DNA of 64,000 bases from an uncultured Candidatus Saccharibacteria bacterium (GTDB lineage: Bacteria > Patescibacteriota > Minisyncoccia > Phycocordibacterales > UBA1006). The stretch is from the NCBI GenBank assembly GCA_964507625.1, contig CAZDPR010000002.1, positions 368 to 64,367 on the forward strand. Direction: 5' to 3'. Position 1 is the stretch's first letter; each line of letters begins with the position of its first letter. Both the position numbers and the translations under genes were made by a program. Shown here piece after piece: positions 21,286 through 31,718 of the stretch. Below the pieces are notes generated by a model. That model was not told where the DNA came from, did not search any database, and worked only from the letters and a program-made list of their open reading frames with translations.

Positions 21286-21981
21286 TTAAGAATTAATAAA
21301 TAGGGTTTCCATATTCTTACTTGGGTCAGAATCAAAAATCATTCGCTCATATACTGCTCGTGTCACAAGAACATCTCGTTTACAATAATCACAAATCTCA
21401 TCTAGTTTGCCATTTTTATAAAATTCATACACCTGAGATCCATCGATACCATCTTTTGGGGTTGGGATACCTAATGCAAGAGCAATATGTTCCAATCCAG
21501 ATTTTTGACTCCCCCAGTTTGACCATTCTTGCATGGTGTCAAAAATAGGCATGTTATTATAACGAGCAAACGATAAATATTTATTCATTTCCCAGGGTTT
21601 CTTCCCGAATTCCTGAAATCGAGTCCATGTCGGTTTTACCCCAAGTACAATCGATCGTTGTAGTAAAAATCGTAAATCAAAATCCATAATATTATGTCCA
21701 ATAAACTGTTCGCACTGCCCTGCTATATGCCAAAAATCTTCTAAAATTTTCTTTTCATTATCTGGATAACTAATAATTCGAGGTGCATCTTTATTTACCG
21801 CATACCCGATACATACTACGCGACCATAAGCTCCATCAAATGATGTTTTAGTAATAAATTCATCGAAAGTTTCTGTGTATTCTGCATTTTTCTCTTTCTT
21901 TTTTTCATACAAAGCCCTCAATACTCCATATGACTCCTCTCCAGCTGGAATAGTTTCAATATCAAAAAAAAGTTTATTCAT
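21286..21981 (-). CDS. PolB-type 3'-5' exonuclease-like (RNase H fold) protein
   Basis: FDIET, GHNIMDFDL, YCKRDV motifs. Confidence 0.85.
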   Translation of the reverse strand: MNKLFFDIETIPAGEESYGVLRALYEKKKEKNAEYTETFDEFITKTSFDGAYGRVVCIGYAVNKDAPRIISYPDNEKKILEDFWHIAGQCEQFIGHNIMDFDLRFLLQRSIVLGVKPTWTRFQEFGKKPWEMNKYLSFARYNNMPIFDTMQEWSNWGSQKSGLEHIALALGIPTPKDGIDGSQVYEFYKNGKLDEICDYCKRDVLVTRAVYERMIFDSDPSKNMETLFINS

Positions 21982-22028
21982 ATAGAATCTATTATAACAA
22001 AAAATAGCCGTATAGGCTATTTAAAAAT

Positions 22029-23321
22029 TTACTTCAAACTAAATCCGGTTTTAGGTAAATAAAGCATCGGATCAAGATATGCGTTCGTCGGCGCGAGTGG
22101 CATAGTGTAATTTTTTCCTGCGCACGCAGAACTTGGCCTCTGTGCAATACGAGCCCCCTCTTCCCCATCAACACCATTTGATGCGTATACTGTCAAATGC
22201 AAGTGAGGTCCCGTTGTATGCCCAGTATTACCAGAATATCCTATCAAGTCACCTCTTTTTACCTGTTGACCTGTAGAAACTTTTATTCCGGAAAGGTGCC
22301 CATATGCTGTAGAAAGACCGTTATTATGACGAATAAATATCCATTTTCCAAAAGATGCTTTTGGACAAGTTATGTCTGTATCTCCAGTTCCTTCAATTAC
22401 CCCATCTGCAACAGAATAAATAGGAGTACCTACCGCTGCACGAAAATCAACTCCACTATGTGAACCAGATAGATATAACCTCTTTGCATCTACTGTTCTT
22501 CCAAATAATTGAGTGATAACCACATCTTTAATAGGCCAACCAAGAGCGTTTGATCCCGGAGGTGGGAGTGATTGTGGGTTTAATGAAAATTTTAGCTGTG
22601 ATTCATACTCACGAATTTCATTGGTAATTTGCTCTACTTGCTGCTGAAGAGTTTGTACCATCTTTTCATATTCTGTTTGTTTTCCTTTTGTTTCCTTTAA
22701 TAATTTATCTTTTTCCTTCTTTTGATCTGCTAAAATTTTTTCTTTGTCACTCAATTCTCCCACCAATCCTTCTAATTCCTTTTTTTGTTTTTCCAGTTGT
22801 TCCTGGGCAAGAGACAACTGAATTGTTTTATCGTGCATTACTCGCACAGATCCCCGTAAAGCATTTTGAAGACGACTTAGATCTTGATAGTCTTGTAAAA
22901 AATCTGAAATTGTTTGTCCAGTAAATAACATTTCTAATGGACTCCTGTTATCTTGCATGTTTACTTTACGTAATGTTTCAGCAATAACATATCGATTATG
23001 GTTAATACCTTTTGATAAATCTTGTATCTCTGAAACATTTTGATTCATGGTTATATTTGTTTTGTCAATTTTCGTACTTGTTGATCGTAATGATGTTTGG
23101 AGTACTTTTTGAGATGTTTGCAAATTTAAAACTTCACTACTTAAAGTTCGTGTCTGTCCTGAATAATATTGAATTTGATTTTGATATTGATTAATCTGTT
23201 GTTCTAACTTACGGATCTCAGCTTCTTTTTCTGCTATAGCATCTTTTGTATTAGCAAATACAATAATAGGTAAACATGCCGAAAACATAAAAACGATCCC
23301 TATTGTAGTAATAAATTTCAT
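22029..23321 (-). CDS. coiled-coil M23 family murein peptidase
   Basis: HSGVD, YGHL, GPHLH; N-terminal coiled coil. Confidence 0.9.
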   Translation of the reverse strand: MKFITTIGIVFMFSACLPIIVFANTKDAIAEKEAEIRKLEQQINQYQNQIQYYSGQTRTLSSEVLNLQTSQKVLQTSLRSTSTKIDKTNITMNQNVSEIQDLSKGINHNRYVIAETLRKVNMQDNRSPLEMLFTGQTISDFLQDYQDLSRLQNALRGSVRVMHDKTIQLSLAQEQLEKQKKELEGLVGELSDKEKILADQKKEKDKLLKETKGKQTEYEKMVQTLQQQVEQITNEIREYESQLKFSLNPQSLPPPGSNALGWPIKDVVITQLFGRTVDAKRLYLSGSHSGVDFRAAVGTPIYSVADGVIEGTGDTDITCPKASFGKWIFIRHNNGLSTAYGHLSGIKVSTGQQVKRGDLIGYSGNTGHTTGPHLHLTVYASNGVDGEEGARIAQRPSSACAGKNYTMPLAPTNAYLDPMLYLPKTGFSLK

Positions 23322-23403
23322 ATAGTTATTAGTATATCACATCCTTTTCAAGGAAATAATATAGCTGGGGAAAAATAAAAAACGGTGTTTGATACACCGT
23401 TTT

Positions 23404-24732
23404 TTATTTAATAATCTTCTCAATTCTTTGTAATGTAATATCCTTACCAAGTATTTCCAAGAGTATAAAGGGGTCAGGTGATTTGTCTTTTCCAGATAAT
23501 ACATACCGTAACGGCCAGAGCACGTTACCTCGCCCCTGTGCCTCCACATAGTCCCAAATGAACGTTTTTAATTCATTTTGATCCCAATTACCAGTATAAG
23601 ATAAAAACATTTCATAGAGTACTTTTAAGTGTTTTTTTGCATTTTCAAGCGTATCCTGTTTCCAAATAATATTATGTATCGGAAATTCTGGATGAGTAAT
23701 ATAATAATCAAATTCTCCTTGTTCAGCCATGGTAGCCACTTCAGAAAAAAAGTGAATCCGCTCAATTATTATTGGAAAAATTTTTTCGAATAGTTCATCA
23801 TCTATATTATGTAGTACACCCGGTAAAAATTTACGAACTTGTTTTTTTTGTTCATCAATTGGTAATGCCCGCAAATATTCCCGATTAAACCAATTGAGTT
23901 TTTCTTCATTGAATACTGCTGCTGATTTTTGTACCCGAGACAAATCAAATCGTTCTATTAATTCAGAGCGAGAAAAAATTTCTTGTTCTGAACCAGGATC
24001 CGCCGGGTTCCATCCGATCATGGCAACGGCATTAAACACCGCATCAGGGAGATACCCTTTATCTGCATAAGATGTCACCGGGAGTGCTCCACGACGTTTA
24101 GAAAGTTTTTGTTTATCAGGACCAAGTACAATCGGCAAATGTGCATACGCAGGTAGTTCCCAGCCCAATGCCTGATGAATCAAAATCTGACGTGGAGTAT
24201 TCGCAATATGTTCTTCTGCACGAACAACGTGGGTTACCCCCTCATCATGATCGTCGACTACAACTGCTAAATGGTATAACGGTTCTGTTAATGACCGTGC
24301 AATAACAAAGTCCCCGAGATCAGAAACATCAGTTGCAATTTCTCCTCGAATCAAATCATTAAAGGTAACGACAGTGTTTGGGTTTTTAAAACGGACAATA
24401 TCTTTCATAACACCCGATCCGTCTTTTGCTTCTTCTTTGGAAACATAGGCTGCGCCGATATCAATTAATGTTTGTAATATTTCCCGATGTCGATCTACAT
24501 TTTCTGATTGAATATATTTTGCATCATAATCAAGTCCTAACCATTCGAGTGCATTATAAATATCGAGTTCCGATTCTTTATCATTACGAGCCGTATCAGT
24601 GTCTTCGATTCGTAAAATAAATTTCCCGTTCTGATTACGTGCAAATAACCATGCGTACATGGCGGTGCGATAGCTCCCAATGTGAGCTTTTCCGGTTGGT
24701 GACGGAGCGAATCGAGTAATAACTGGTTTCAT
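23404..24732 (-). CDS. gltX: glutamate-tRNA ligase
   Basis: RFAPSPTG, HIGS, KLSKR; start at ATG 24732. Confidence 0.95.
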   Translation of the reverse strand: MKPVITRFAPSPTGKAHIGSYRTAMYAWLFARNQNGKFILRIEDTDTARNDKESELDIYNALEWLGLDYDAKYIQSENVDRHREILQTLIDIGAAYVSKEEAKDGSGVMKDIVRFKNPNTVVTFNDLIRGEIATDVSDLGDFVIARSLTEPLYHLAVVVDDHDEGVTHVVRAEEHIANTPRQILIHQALGWELPAYAHLPIVLGPDKQKLSKRRGALPVTSYADKGYLPDAVFNAVAMIGWNPADPGSEQEIFSRSELIERFDLSRVQKSAAVFNEEKLNWFNREYLRALPIDEQKKQVRKFLPGVLHNIDDELFEKIFPIIIERIHFFSEVATMAEQGEFDYYITHPEFPIHNIIWKQDTLENAKKHLKVLYEMFLSYTGNWDQNELKTFIWDYVEAQGRGNVLWPLRYVLSGKDKSPDPFILLEILGKDITLQRIEKIIK

Positions 24733-24822
24733 ATTCCCTACTCTACCAAAAAATACCTCTTTTGACGAGGAATTGACAAATATGTTAATATATTTATTAT
24801 TAATTTTAAATAAATAACAACT

Positions 24823-25323
24823 ATGGCAACTTACGATGCAAAAACTAAAGATGATAAGTGTATTTTTTGTGAAATTGCCCAAAAACGCTTTGACACACCT
24901 GGAATTTTTTGGCAAGACAATGAATATATGGCATTTCTTTCAATAGATCCTAATACAGAAGGATTCACCTGTGTTATTCCAAAAGAACATCATGGTAGTG
25001 ATATTATGAAAATGCCAGATGATGCTTTGCAAAAACTAATTCTTGCAAGTAAGAAGGTTTCAGGTATTCTCGAAAATTATTATTCTGATGTTGGAAGAAT
25101 TGGTGTATTAATGGAGGGTACTGGAATTGATCATGCACATGTTAAACTATTTCCCATGCATGGAACCGAGGCATTAAAACGAGGAGAATGGCAACAATAT
25201 CTATCTGGCAAAGAATTTTGGTTTGATACATATGAGGGATGGATTTGTTCCGGAGGTGGACCCAAGGCAGATCCTGAAGAATTAAAAAATCTTGCACAAA
25301 AACTAATTGAATCACAAAAATAA
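24823..25323 (+). CDS. HIT family hydrolase
   Basis: CIFC, IPKEH, HAHVK (variant histidine triad). Confidence 0.85.
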   Translation: MATYDAKTKDDKCIFCEIAQKRFDTPGIFWQDNEYMAFLSIDPNTEGFTCVIPKEHHGSDIMKMPDDALQKLILASKKVSGILENYYSDVGRIGVLMEGTGIDHAHVKLFPMHGTEALKRGEWQQYLSGKEFWFDTYEGWICSGGGPKADPEELKNLAQKLIESQK

Positions 25324-25344
25324 AAAGCCCCCATGGGGCATTTT

Positions 25345-26478
25345 TTATTTTTGCGCTATATGTGAAAGTCCAATCTCTATAATTTTACGAGCAATTTTTT
25401 CTGCTGCATCACCAATAAAAAATTTCTCTGCATCTTCTTGCATTTTTTTATAAATTTCTCGATTTTCAATAATACGATCAATTTCATGAGTAACAATATG
25501 AGGAGTAAGATTTTTTTCTTCAATAACAATTCCTCCACCTACACGAGCATAATTGTATGCATTTTTTCTTTGATGGTCATCATTTGATTCAGTAATAGGA
25601 ATTACAATCGCAGGTACTTTCCATGACGCAATTTCAAACAGCATAGATCCAGCTCGTGTAATGACAATATTTGCAACTCCCGCTGCCATACGAATAGCTA
25701 AAGGGTTCAAAAATGGAAACGGTTTGTACCGAAGTTCATGTTCATTATTTTCCAAAATAAATTTTGCACGCATAGTCACATCGTCAAAATTAGTTTTCCC
25801 TGTTTGATGAATGACTTGATATTTTTTTACTAAATCTGGGAGCGCAAGGAGTACTGCTTCATTAATAATTTGAGCCCCTAATGAACCCCCAATAATAAAC
25901 ACCACGGGAACATTTTGTTCAATCTGAAGAAATTCATAAGCACCATTTGCAACAGGATGCAACAATTCGGGACGGACCGGTTGTCCGGTGAGTGCCACCT
26001 TTTCTTTTGGAAAATAATCTGCAGATTCTTGATATGATATTGCAATATATTTTGCGAATTTTCCTGCCCATTTAGTTACTCGTCCAGGTGCAGAGTCAGA
26101 TTCATGAATAATGACAGGAATTCCTAATAATCGTGCAGCGAATAATGTTGGAAATGATGCATACGCACCTTTTGCAAAAACAACATCTGGAAATACTTTA
26201 AATAAATTCCAAAAAGCAACTAAAATTCCATATGCGGTTTTAAATACATCAAAAAAGTTTTTAATTGAAAAATAAATTCTCAATTTCCCTGCTGGAATTT
26301 CTATAAACCGAATTCTATTTTCAAAAAGTGACCCTTGATCGTATGGTGCATCGGAAAAATAATACATCTCCAAATGTGCAATTTTTTCAATATCTGAAAT
26401 TTTGTTAATTTCTTGAGCTACGGCAACAAGTGGATAAAAATGTCCTCCTGTTCCGCCTCCTGTTAATACTATTTTCAT
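25345..26478 (-). CDS. murG: lipid II GlcNAc transferase
   Basis: GGGTGGHFYP, HESD, GGSLGA, HQRKNA. Confidence 0.95.
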   Translation of the reverse strand: MKIVLTGGGTGGHFYPLVAVAQEINKISDIEKIAHLEMYYFSDAPYDQGSLFENRIRFIEIPAGKLRIYFSIKNFFDVFKTAYGILVAFWNLFKVFPDVVFAKGAYASFPTLFAARLLGIPVIIHESDSAPGRVTKWAGKFAKYIAISYQESADYFPKEKVALTGQPVRPELLHPVANGAYEFLQIEQNVPVVFIIGGSLGAQIINEAVLLALPDLVKKYQVIHQTGKTNFDDVTMRAKFILENNEHELRYKPFPFLNPLAIRMAAGVANIVITRAGSMLFEIASWKVPAIVIPITESNDDHQRKNAYNYARVGGGIVIEEKNLTPHIVTHEIDRIIENREIYKKMQEDAEKFFIGDAAEKIARKIIEIGLSHIAQK

Positions 26479-26504
26479 ATAATGTTATTATAGCTCACTA
26501 TTAC

Positions 26505-27650
26505 CTACTCACCAAGCTTTTTTACTGGTAACGATACTGTTTTTTGGTATTGCGAAACATTCAATACTAAACCAACTGCAAGTAATGAAAACAAAAGCGC
26601 AGTTCCTCCATGGCTCACAAAAATTAAAGGCAATCCTGATAATGGAAACAAGCCAATCGTAGAGGCAATATTTAAAAATGACTGAGACACAATAATAGTA
26701 ATAATACCTACTACCAAATACCGACTGAATGGGTCATGAGTTTTTGTAGCAATAATATAACCACGTAATGCAAATGCGATATATAAAACAATAAGCCCTA
26801 CTGAACCTATAAATCCAAATTCTTCTGCCATAACAGCATAGATGGAGTCACTCAATGGTTCTGGCAAATATTTGAATTTTTGAATACTTTGACCAAATCC
26901 TCTCCCTGTAAACTCCCCTGAACCAACCGCAATGAGTGATTGTTGAATTTGGTACGATGCATTTAATGGGTCATGTGATGGATTTAAAAAGGTTGTTAAT
27001 CGGTTGAGAAGATATGGTCGAGATGCAATCAAAATTCCTCCCGCAACAATGGCGATCAATATTAAAAAACCAATATGTTTCACTTTTTGAGAAAATTTTC
27101 CTTCAGCAACAAAATACATAATAGTACAGGTAATTGCAATAATCATTACACTATCTGTATCTGGTTGAGGAAGTAATATTGCACCAGCTAAACCGATAAT
27201 ACCTAATAATGGGATTAAAGAATACCAGAGCGATCCACTTTTTTTCTCAGAAAAAGACAGGAAAGCTGCGTAATAAATAATAAGTCCGTATTTTAAAATT
27301 TCAGAAGGTTGAAATGAGATAAATCCACCAATACTAATCCAACGAGCAGCTCCCCCCGAACTCCAACCGACAAAATATACTAAAATAGTAAGAAAAATAC
27401 CAAGTAATGCAAATGGTAATGCTAATTTCTTAATTGTAGTAATTTGTATTCGTGTTACTAAATACGCACCAACAATTCCACCAAATAATCCCAAAATAAC
27501 CTGAGTACCTATTAAACGAAATAATTGACTCGATTCGGCTCCTAGCAATGTCAGTGATGCTGAAAGAAAAACCAAGAGACCAAAAACAAGGAGAATTCCT
27601 ACAATAATAAGAAAAATTTTATCAACGGTAAATTTTTTTGCTTGAAACAT
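26505..27650 (-). CDS. ftsW: SEDS peptidoglycan polymerase FtsW
   Basis: GAARWI, QPSE, LPEPLSDSI, SHGGT; located between mraY and murG. Confidence 0.9.
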   Translation of the reverse strand: MFQAKKFTVDKIFLIIVGILLVFGLLVFLSASLTLLGAESSQLFRLIGTQVILGLFGGIVGAYLVTRIQITTIKKLALPFALLGIFLTILVYFVGWSSGGAARWISIGGFISFQPSEILKYGLIIYYAAFLSFSEKKSGSLWYSLIPLLGIIGLAGAILLPQPDTDSVMIIAITCTIMYFVAEGKFSQKVKHIGFLILIAIVAGGILIASRPYLLNRLTTFLNPSHDPLNASYQIQQSLIAVGSGEFTGRGFGQSIQKFKYLPEPLSDSIYAVMAEEFGFIGSVGLIVLYIAFALRGYIIATKTHDPFSRYLVVGIITIIVSQSFLNIASTIGLFPLSGLPLIFVSHGGTALLFSLLAVGLVLNVSQYQKTVSLPVKKLGE

Positions 27651-27654
27651 ATAT

Positions 27655-28710
27655 TTATCCAATAATTGCAATAATAATACCAATAACCGCAAACATAATA
27701 GAAATAATCCAATAACGCATTGTTACTTTTTCTCGACTCCAACCGAGTGCAATAAAATGGTGATGGAGTGGTGCAATACGAAAAATTTTTTTACCAAAAT
27801 AACGTTTTGAAAAGATTTGTGCAGCAGAGGAAAATGATGTTGCCACTAATAGAGCCCCAATGATTGGCAATAAGAATACTCCATCAACAAGAAAAACGAT
27901 ACAGGTAAGCGAGAGCGCGAGACCAAGCATTCCTGTTTCCCCCATATAAAACCGTGCAGGAGGAATATTGAACCATAAAAATGCTAAAATACCTCCTGTT
28001 ACCACAAAACAAAATGTAGCAATATCAATTTGGTTTTGTAAAAAAGCAATAACTCCAAAAGCTGCAAAAATTAATGACATCACCCCTCCAGCAAGACCAT
28101 CTACCCCATCAATAACTCGTGATGAAAAAGTACCGAGAGTTACTATAATAAAGATTGGTATAAACCACCATCCTACATGCCAATAACCCAAAAAAGGGAT
28201 ATAAATGTCTCGCATTCCTAATTTTCCAAAAAACCATAGTGACACAAGGAAGGCAATCATGATTACAATCATTACAAGATATCGCGAAGGCAATCCTTGT
28301 TTCATAAATGAAAATTTTTCGTTAAAAATTTCAACACAATCCTCAAAAAGTCCAAAAAGCCCACCGAAAACAAGCATAAGGAGCGGGATCAGTGTTTGAT
28401 TTTTGCTTAAAAAGTTTAATTTGTTTAAAAAATCTCCACCAATAATCTCTCGTGTAATAAAAATAATTCCTATGGTAATTAATACAGAGCTCCAAATAAT
28501 AATACCTCCCACGCGTGGAGTACTCACCTCTGTTTTTTCGTCATGAATTTTTTGAAATTCAACACTCAATGCATCAGGGTTATCTTTCAGTCGAGATGTA
28601 CGTTTCCATAATCTCCACTTATAAAAATAGTGAGTAAATAAGGGGGTAGTTACAATTCCAACAATAAAGGCAATTACTGAAGGGATGAAAATTTTAAGAA
28701 TACTTGGCAT
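27655..28710 (-). CDS. mraY: phospho-MurNAc-pentapeptide transferase
   Basis: TPRVGG, DGVDGL, MGETG, APLHHHF. Confidence 0.92.
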   Translation of the reverse strand: MPSILKIFIPSVIAFIVGIVTTPLFTHYFYKWRLWKRTSRLKDNPDALSVEFQKIHDEKTEVSTPRVGGIIIWSSVLITIGIIFITREIIGGDFLNKLNFLSKNQTLIPLLMLVFGGLFGLFEDCVEIFNEKFSFMKQGLPSRYLVMIVIMIAFLVSLWFFGKLGMRDIYIPFLGYWHVGWWFIPIFIIVTLGTFSSRVIDGVDGLAGGVMSLIFAAFGVIAFLQNQIDIATFCFVVTGGILAFLWFNIPPARFYMGETGMLGLALSLTCIVFLVDGVFLLPIIGALLVATSFSSAAQIFSKRYFGKKIFRIAPLHHHFIALGWSREKVTMRYWIISIMFAVIGIIIAIIG

Positions 28711-28722
28711 ATGATAATAATA

Positions 28723-29289
28723 TTATTCTGGTAATTGATCAGAATTTTCTGAAAAATTTTCTAATTCTTCAGAATCAGAGACTGGCGACCGTTTTGCAAT
28801 TTCTTCTGAAAACTGTTCGAATTGAGGTAATTGTTCAGGCGATTCAACACCTAAAAATCGTAAAGCATCTAAGGTTATTCGATAAGTATTTTTAGGAGCT
28901 TTTTCAATCATTCCTCGTATTAACAAGTTTCGTAACATAAATTGAGAATTAACTCCGCGAATATAATCAATATCTGAACGAGTAATAGGTCCCCGATATG
29001 CAATCAATGCAAGTGTTTCGAGTGCACCTTTTGAGAACTCTTTAATTGTTTCATTTTTTTCAACCTGTTTTAAAAATTCACGATACTCTGGACGGGTAAC
29101 TAATGTTACTGATTCGTTATAAATTAAAAGCATTACCGGATGATTCAATATTTGCTCATCAAGTTCTTTGAGTGCTATTTCTATTGAATCACGATCTATT
29201 TGCAATGTTTGTTCAAGGTCAGAAAAACGCCAGGAATCACCTGTAGTAAATAAGAGTGTGTATATAAGATTTGCATGAGAAAGTTTCAT
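28723..29289 (-). CDS. scpB: SMC-Scp complex subunit ScpB
   Basis: ALETLALIAYRGPITRSDIDYIRGVNS. Confidence 0.93.
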   Translation of the reverse strand: MKLSHANLIYTLLFTTGDSWRFSDLEQTLQIDRDSIEIALKELDEQILNHPVMLLIYNESVTLVTRPEYREFLKQVEKNETIKEFSKGALETLALIAYRGPITRSDIDYIRGVNSQFMLRNLLIRGMIEKAPKNTYRITLDALRFLGVESPEQLPQFEQFSEEIAKRSPVSDSEELENFSENSDQLPE

Positions 29290-29296
29290 AGAGTTA

Positions 29297-30052
29297 TTAA
29301 TTATCTTGATAAGGAGTAACGACAATATCCTGAAAATTTTCTTGTTGTTCGACAAAAACTTGAGCTTTTTTAACCATTTCAAGTATTGCTAAAAATGATA
29401 ACACCGCAAATACTTTTGCTTCTCGTTTTTCTTCTTGATTTGTCGCACTGTGATAGCGATGTGTTATATCGCGCATATGAAAAGATCCTGATTGTACTGC
29501 TTTCTGAACCCGCTCCATAACATCTGCTAAACTTAAGGTTTTTTTTACAGACTGTTTTGGAAGTGTTTCATTAATAGGGACGGTGGCACATAATTCAGTA
29601 AGTACCTCTAGTAATGCCTTTATATTCAATGATTCATGCGGAGAAAAAAGAATCTCTTTTTTCTCTTTTGGTGGGTTACCAATGAAAAAATATGGCGATG
29701 TACTTATTTTCTTTCGTAACAATTCTCCGTAACGAACAATGATTTCATAGATTCGTAATCGTTCAGTTAAATCGTCTATAGAGCCCTCTTCTTCATCGGT
29801 GAGTTGGATTGCTGGTAATAAACTTTTTGCTTTAATTAAAATTAACGCAGCAGCAATGGTAATAAATTGTGACTGATCGTACATTTTATGCATTCCATGC
29901 GTTTCTTGTGAAAGACTATTAATGTACTGTAAATAATCTTCAGTTACTTCTGCAAGCGATATTTCAGAAATATGCATCTTTTTATTTTCAATTAATGACA
30001 GGAGGAGTTCTAGTGGACCTTCAAAATACGACCGTTTGAGCGAAAAATTCAT
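29297..30052 (-). CDS. scpA: segregation/condensation protein ScpA
   Basis: FEGPLELLLSLI, FLAILEM. Confidence 0.93.
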   Translation of the reverse strand: MNFSLKRSYFEGPLELLLSLIENKKMHISEISLAEVTEDYLQYINSLSQETHGMHKMYDQSQFITIAAALILIKAKSLLPAIQLTDEEEGSIDDLTERLRIYEIIVRYGELLRKKISTSPYFFIGNPPKEKKEILFSPHESLNIKALLEVLTELCATVPINETLPKQSVKKTLSLADVMERVQKAVQSGSFHMRDITHRYHSATNQEEKREAKVFAVLSFLAILEMVKKAQVFVEQQENFQDIVVTPYQDN

Positions 30053-30112
30053 ATGACTTGATTATACCACAAATACTAATAACAAAAAACACTCATTAAT
30101 GAGTGTTTTTTG

Positions 30113-31534
30113 TTATTTATCAATTTTTTTCATTATAATCTGAAGCTCGTCTAACTGTTTTTGGTCTACTGGAACTGGTGATTCCATCATTAAATCTTTC
30201 CCTTCTCCTGTTTTTGGGAATGGAATTACCTCACGAATATTAGGTTCGTTTTGTAACAACATCATAAGGCGATCAAACCCCCAGGCAATACCTCCATGCG
30301 GTGGTGTTCCATATGAAAATGCCTGGAGCATGTGACCAAAGTTTTTTTCTACGACTTCTGAATCATATCCCATAATTTCAAATACCTTACGAAGCGCATC
30401 AGGTTTGTGATTACGAATACTCCCCCCTCCAATTTCATACCCATTGAGCGCAATATCATATTGAGTAGTTAAAATTTCTCCAATGCGTTCTTTTTTCATA
30501 AGCCATTCCATATGTTCTGGTTGTGGTGCAGAAAATGGGTTATGGGTGAATGTCCACTCACCTTTTGTATCAGGATTATCAGATGTGCTCGTTGCTTCAA
30601 AAAACGGGAAATCAATCACCCAACAAAACGCGAGGAGATTTGGATCATTTTTATCCTCTCGTAAATCTGGTCGATCGTTTCCATATTGTTCCATGGCGTC
30701 TTTGTATGAAATTCTCGGGAACGGAATTTGTTGGATTCTTTTTTCTGGATAGAGTTCAGTAACAATTTTTATCAACAATTCCTCGTTCAGTTGCATTACC
30801 GCTTCACGATCCACAAAACTCATTTCCATATCGATTTGAGTAAATTCTGGCTGTCGATCACCCCGTGAATCTTCGTCGCGTAAACATTTTGCAATTTGAA
30901 AATATCGTTCAATTCCTGCAGTCATTAATAATTGTTTATACTGCTGTGGTGATTGTGGTAATGCATAAAAACTTCCCGGATATAATCGTGCTGGTACAAT
31001 AAAATCTCGCGCACCTTCTGGAGTTGATTTGGTGAGGAGTGGCGTTTCTACTTCAATGAACCCTTGATCATCTAAATAATCACGAACCATTTTTGCAACA
31101 CGATGTCGCATACGAATATTTTTCTGTACTCGATCACTACGTAAATCAACATATTTATATTTCAAGCGAACTTCCTCGGAAATTCCTTTGGTATCATCAC
31201 TGATTTCAAATGGTAATGTTTCTGATGCGTTCAAAATTTCCATTTCCAAAATTTCAAGTTCAATAGTTCCGTTTTGTTTTTCTGGTTGCTGATTACGTTC
31301 TGGTCGTTGATTTACCTTTCCTTTTACCATCACTACGTATTCGGTACGAATTTCTTTTGCAATTTCAATGGCACTACTCCCTGGGAGTACTACCCCTTGT
31401 ACATACCCTGTCCGATCACGAAAATCAAAAAACACCATTTTACCCTGGTCACGTCGTACGGATACCCAACTATTGATAATTACTTCTTGGTCAATATGAT
31501 TCGTTAAATCATTAATGAAAATTCTGTTATGCAT
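30113..31534 (-). CDS. aspS: aspartate-tRNA ligase, compact form without GAD insert, probably non-discriminating
   Basis: OB fold, LPQSPQQYKQLLM, DRQPEFTQ, PPHGG; gatB is also present. Confidence 0.93.
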   Translation of the reverse strand: MHNRIFINDLTNHIDQEVIINSWVSVRRDQGKMVFFDFRDRTGYVQGVVLPGSSAIEIAKEIRTEYVVMVKGKVNQRPERNQQPEKQNGTIELEILEMEILNASETLPFEISDDTKGISEEVRLKYKYVDLRSDRVQKNIRMRHRVAKMVRDYLDDQGFIEVETPLLTKSTPEGARDFIVPARLYPGSFYALPQSPQQYKQLLMTAGIERYFQIAKCLRDEDSRGDRQPEFTQIDMEMSFVDREAVMQLNEELLIKIVTELYPEKRIQQIPFPRISYKDAMEQYGNDRPDLREDKNDPNLLAFCWVIDFPFFEATSTSDNPDTKGEWTFTHNPFSAPQPEHMEWLMKKERIGEILTTQYDIALNGYEIGGGSIRNHKPDALRKVFEIMGYDSEVVEKNFGHMLQAFSYGTPPHGGIAWGFDRLMMLLQNEPNIREVIPFPKTGEGKDLMMESPVPVDQKQLDELQIIMKKIDK

Positions 31535-31718
31535 ATGAAATAGCATAGCAAAAATAAGGTTTTTTAGGTACTTGACAAAACATATTAAATATGCTAACAT
31601 GTATACATAGATGATGAAAATCATCGCTGTTCTTTTAAAACGCTTCTCATAGTAGTGGTTTGGTGAATTAAGTAATTTTTCTTGATTAAAGATTGTTTAA
31701 TTCACTAAATCCAATATC

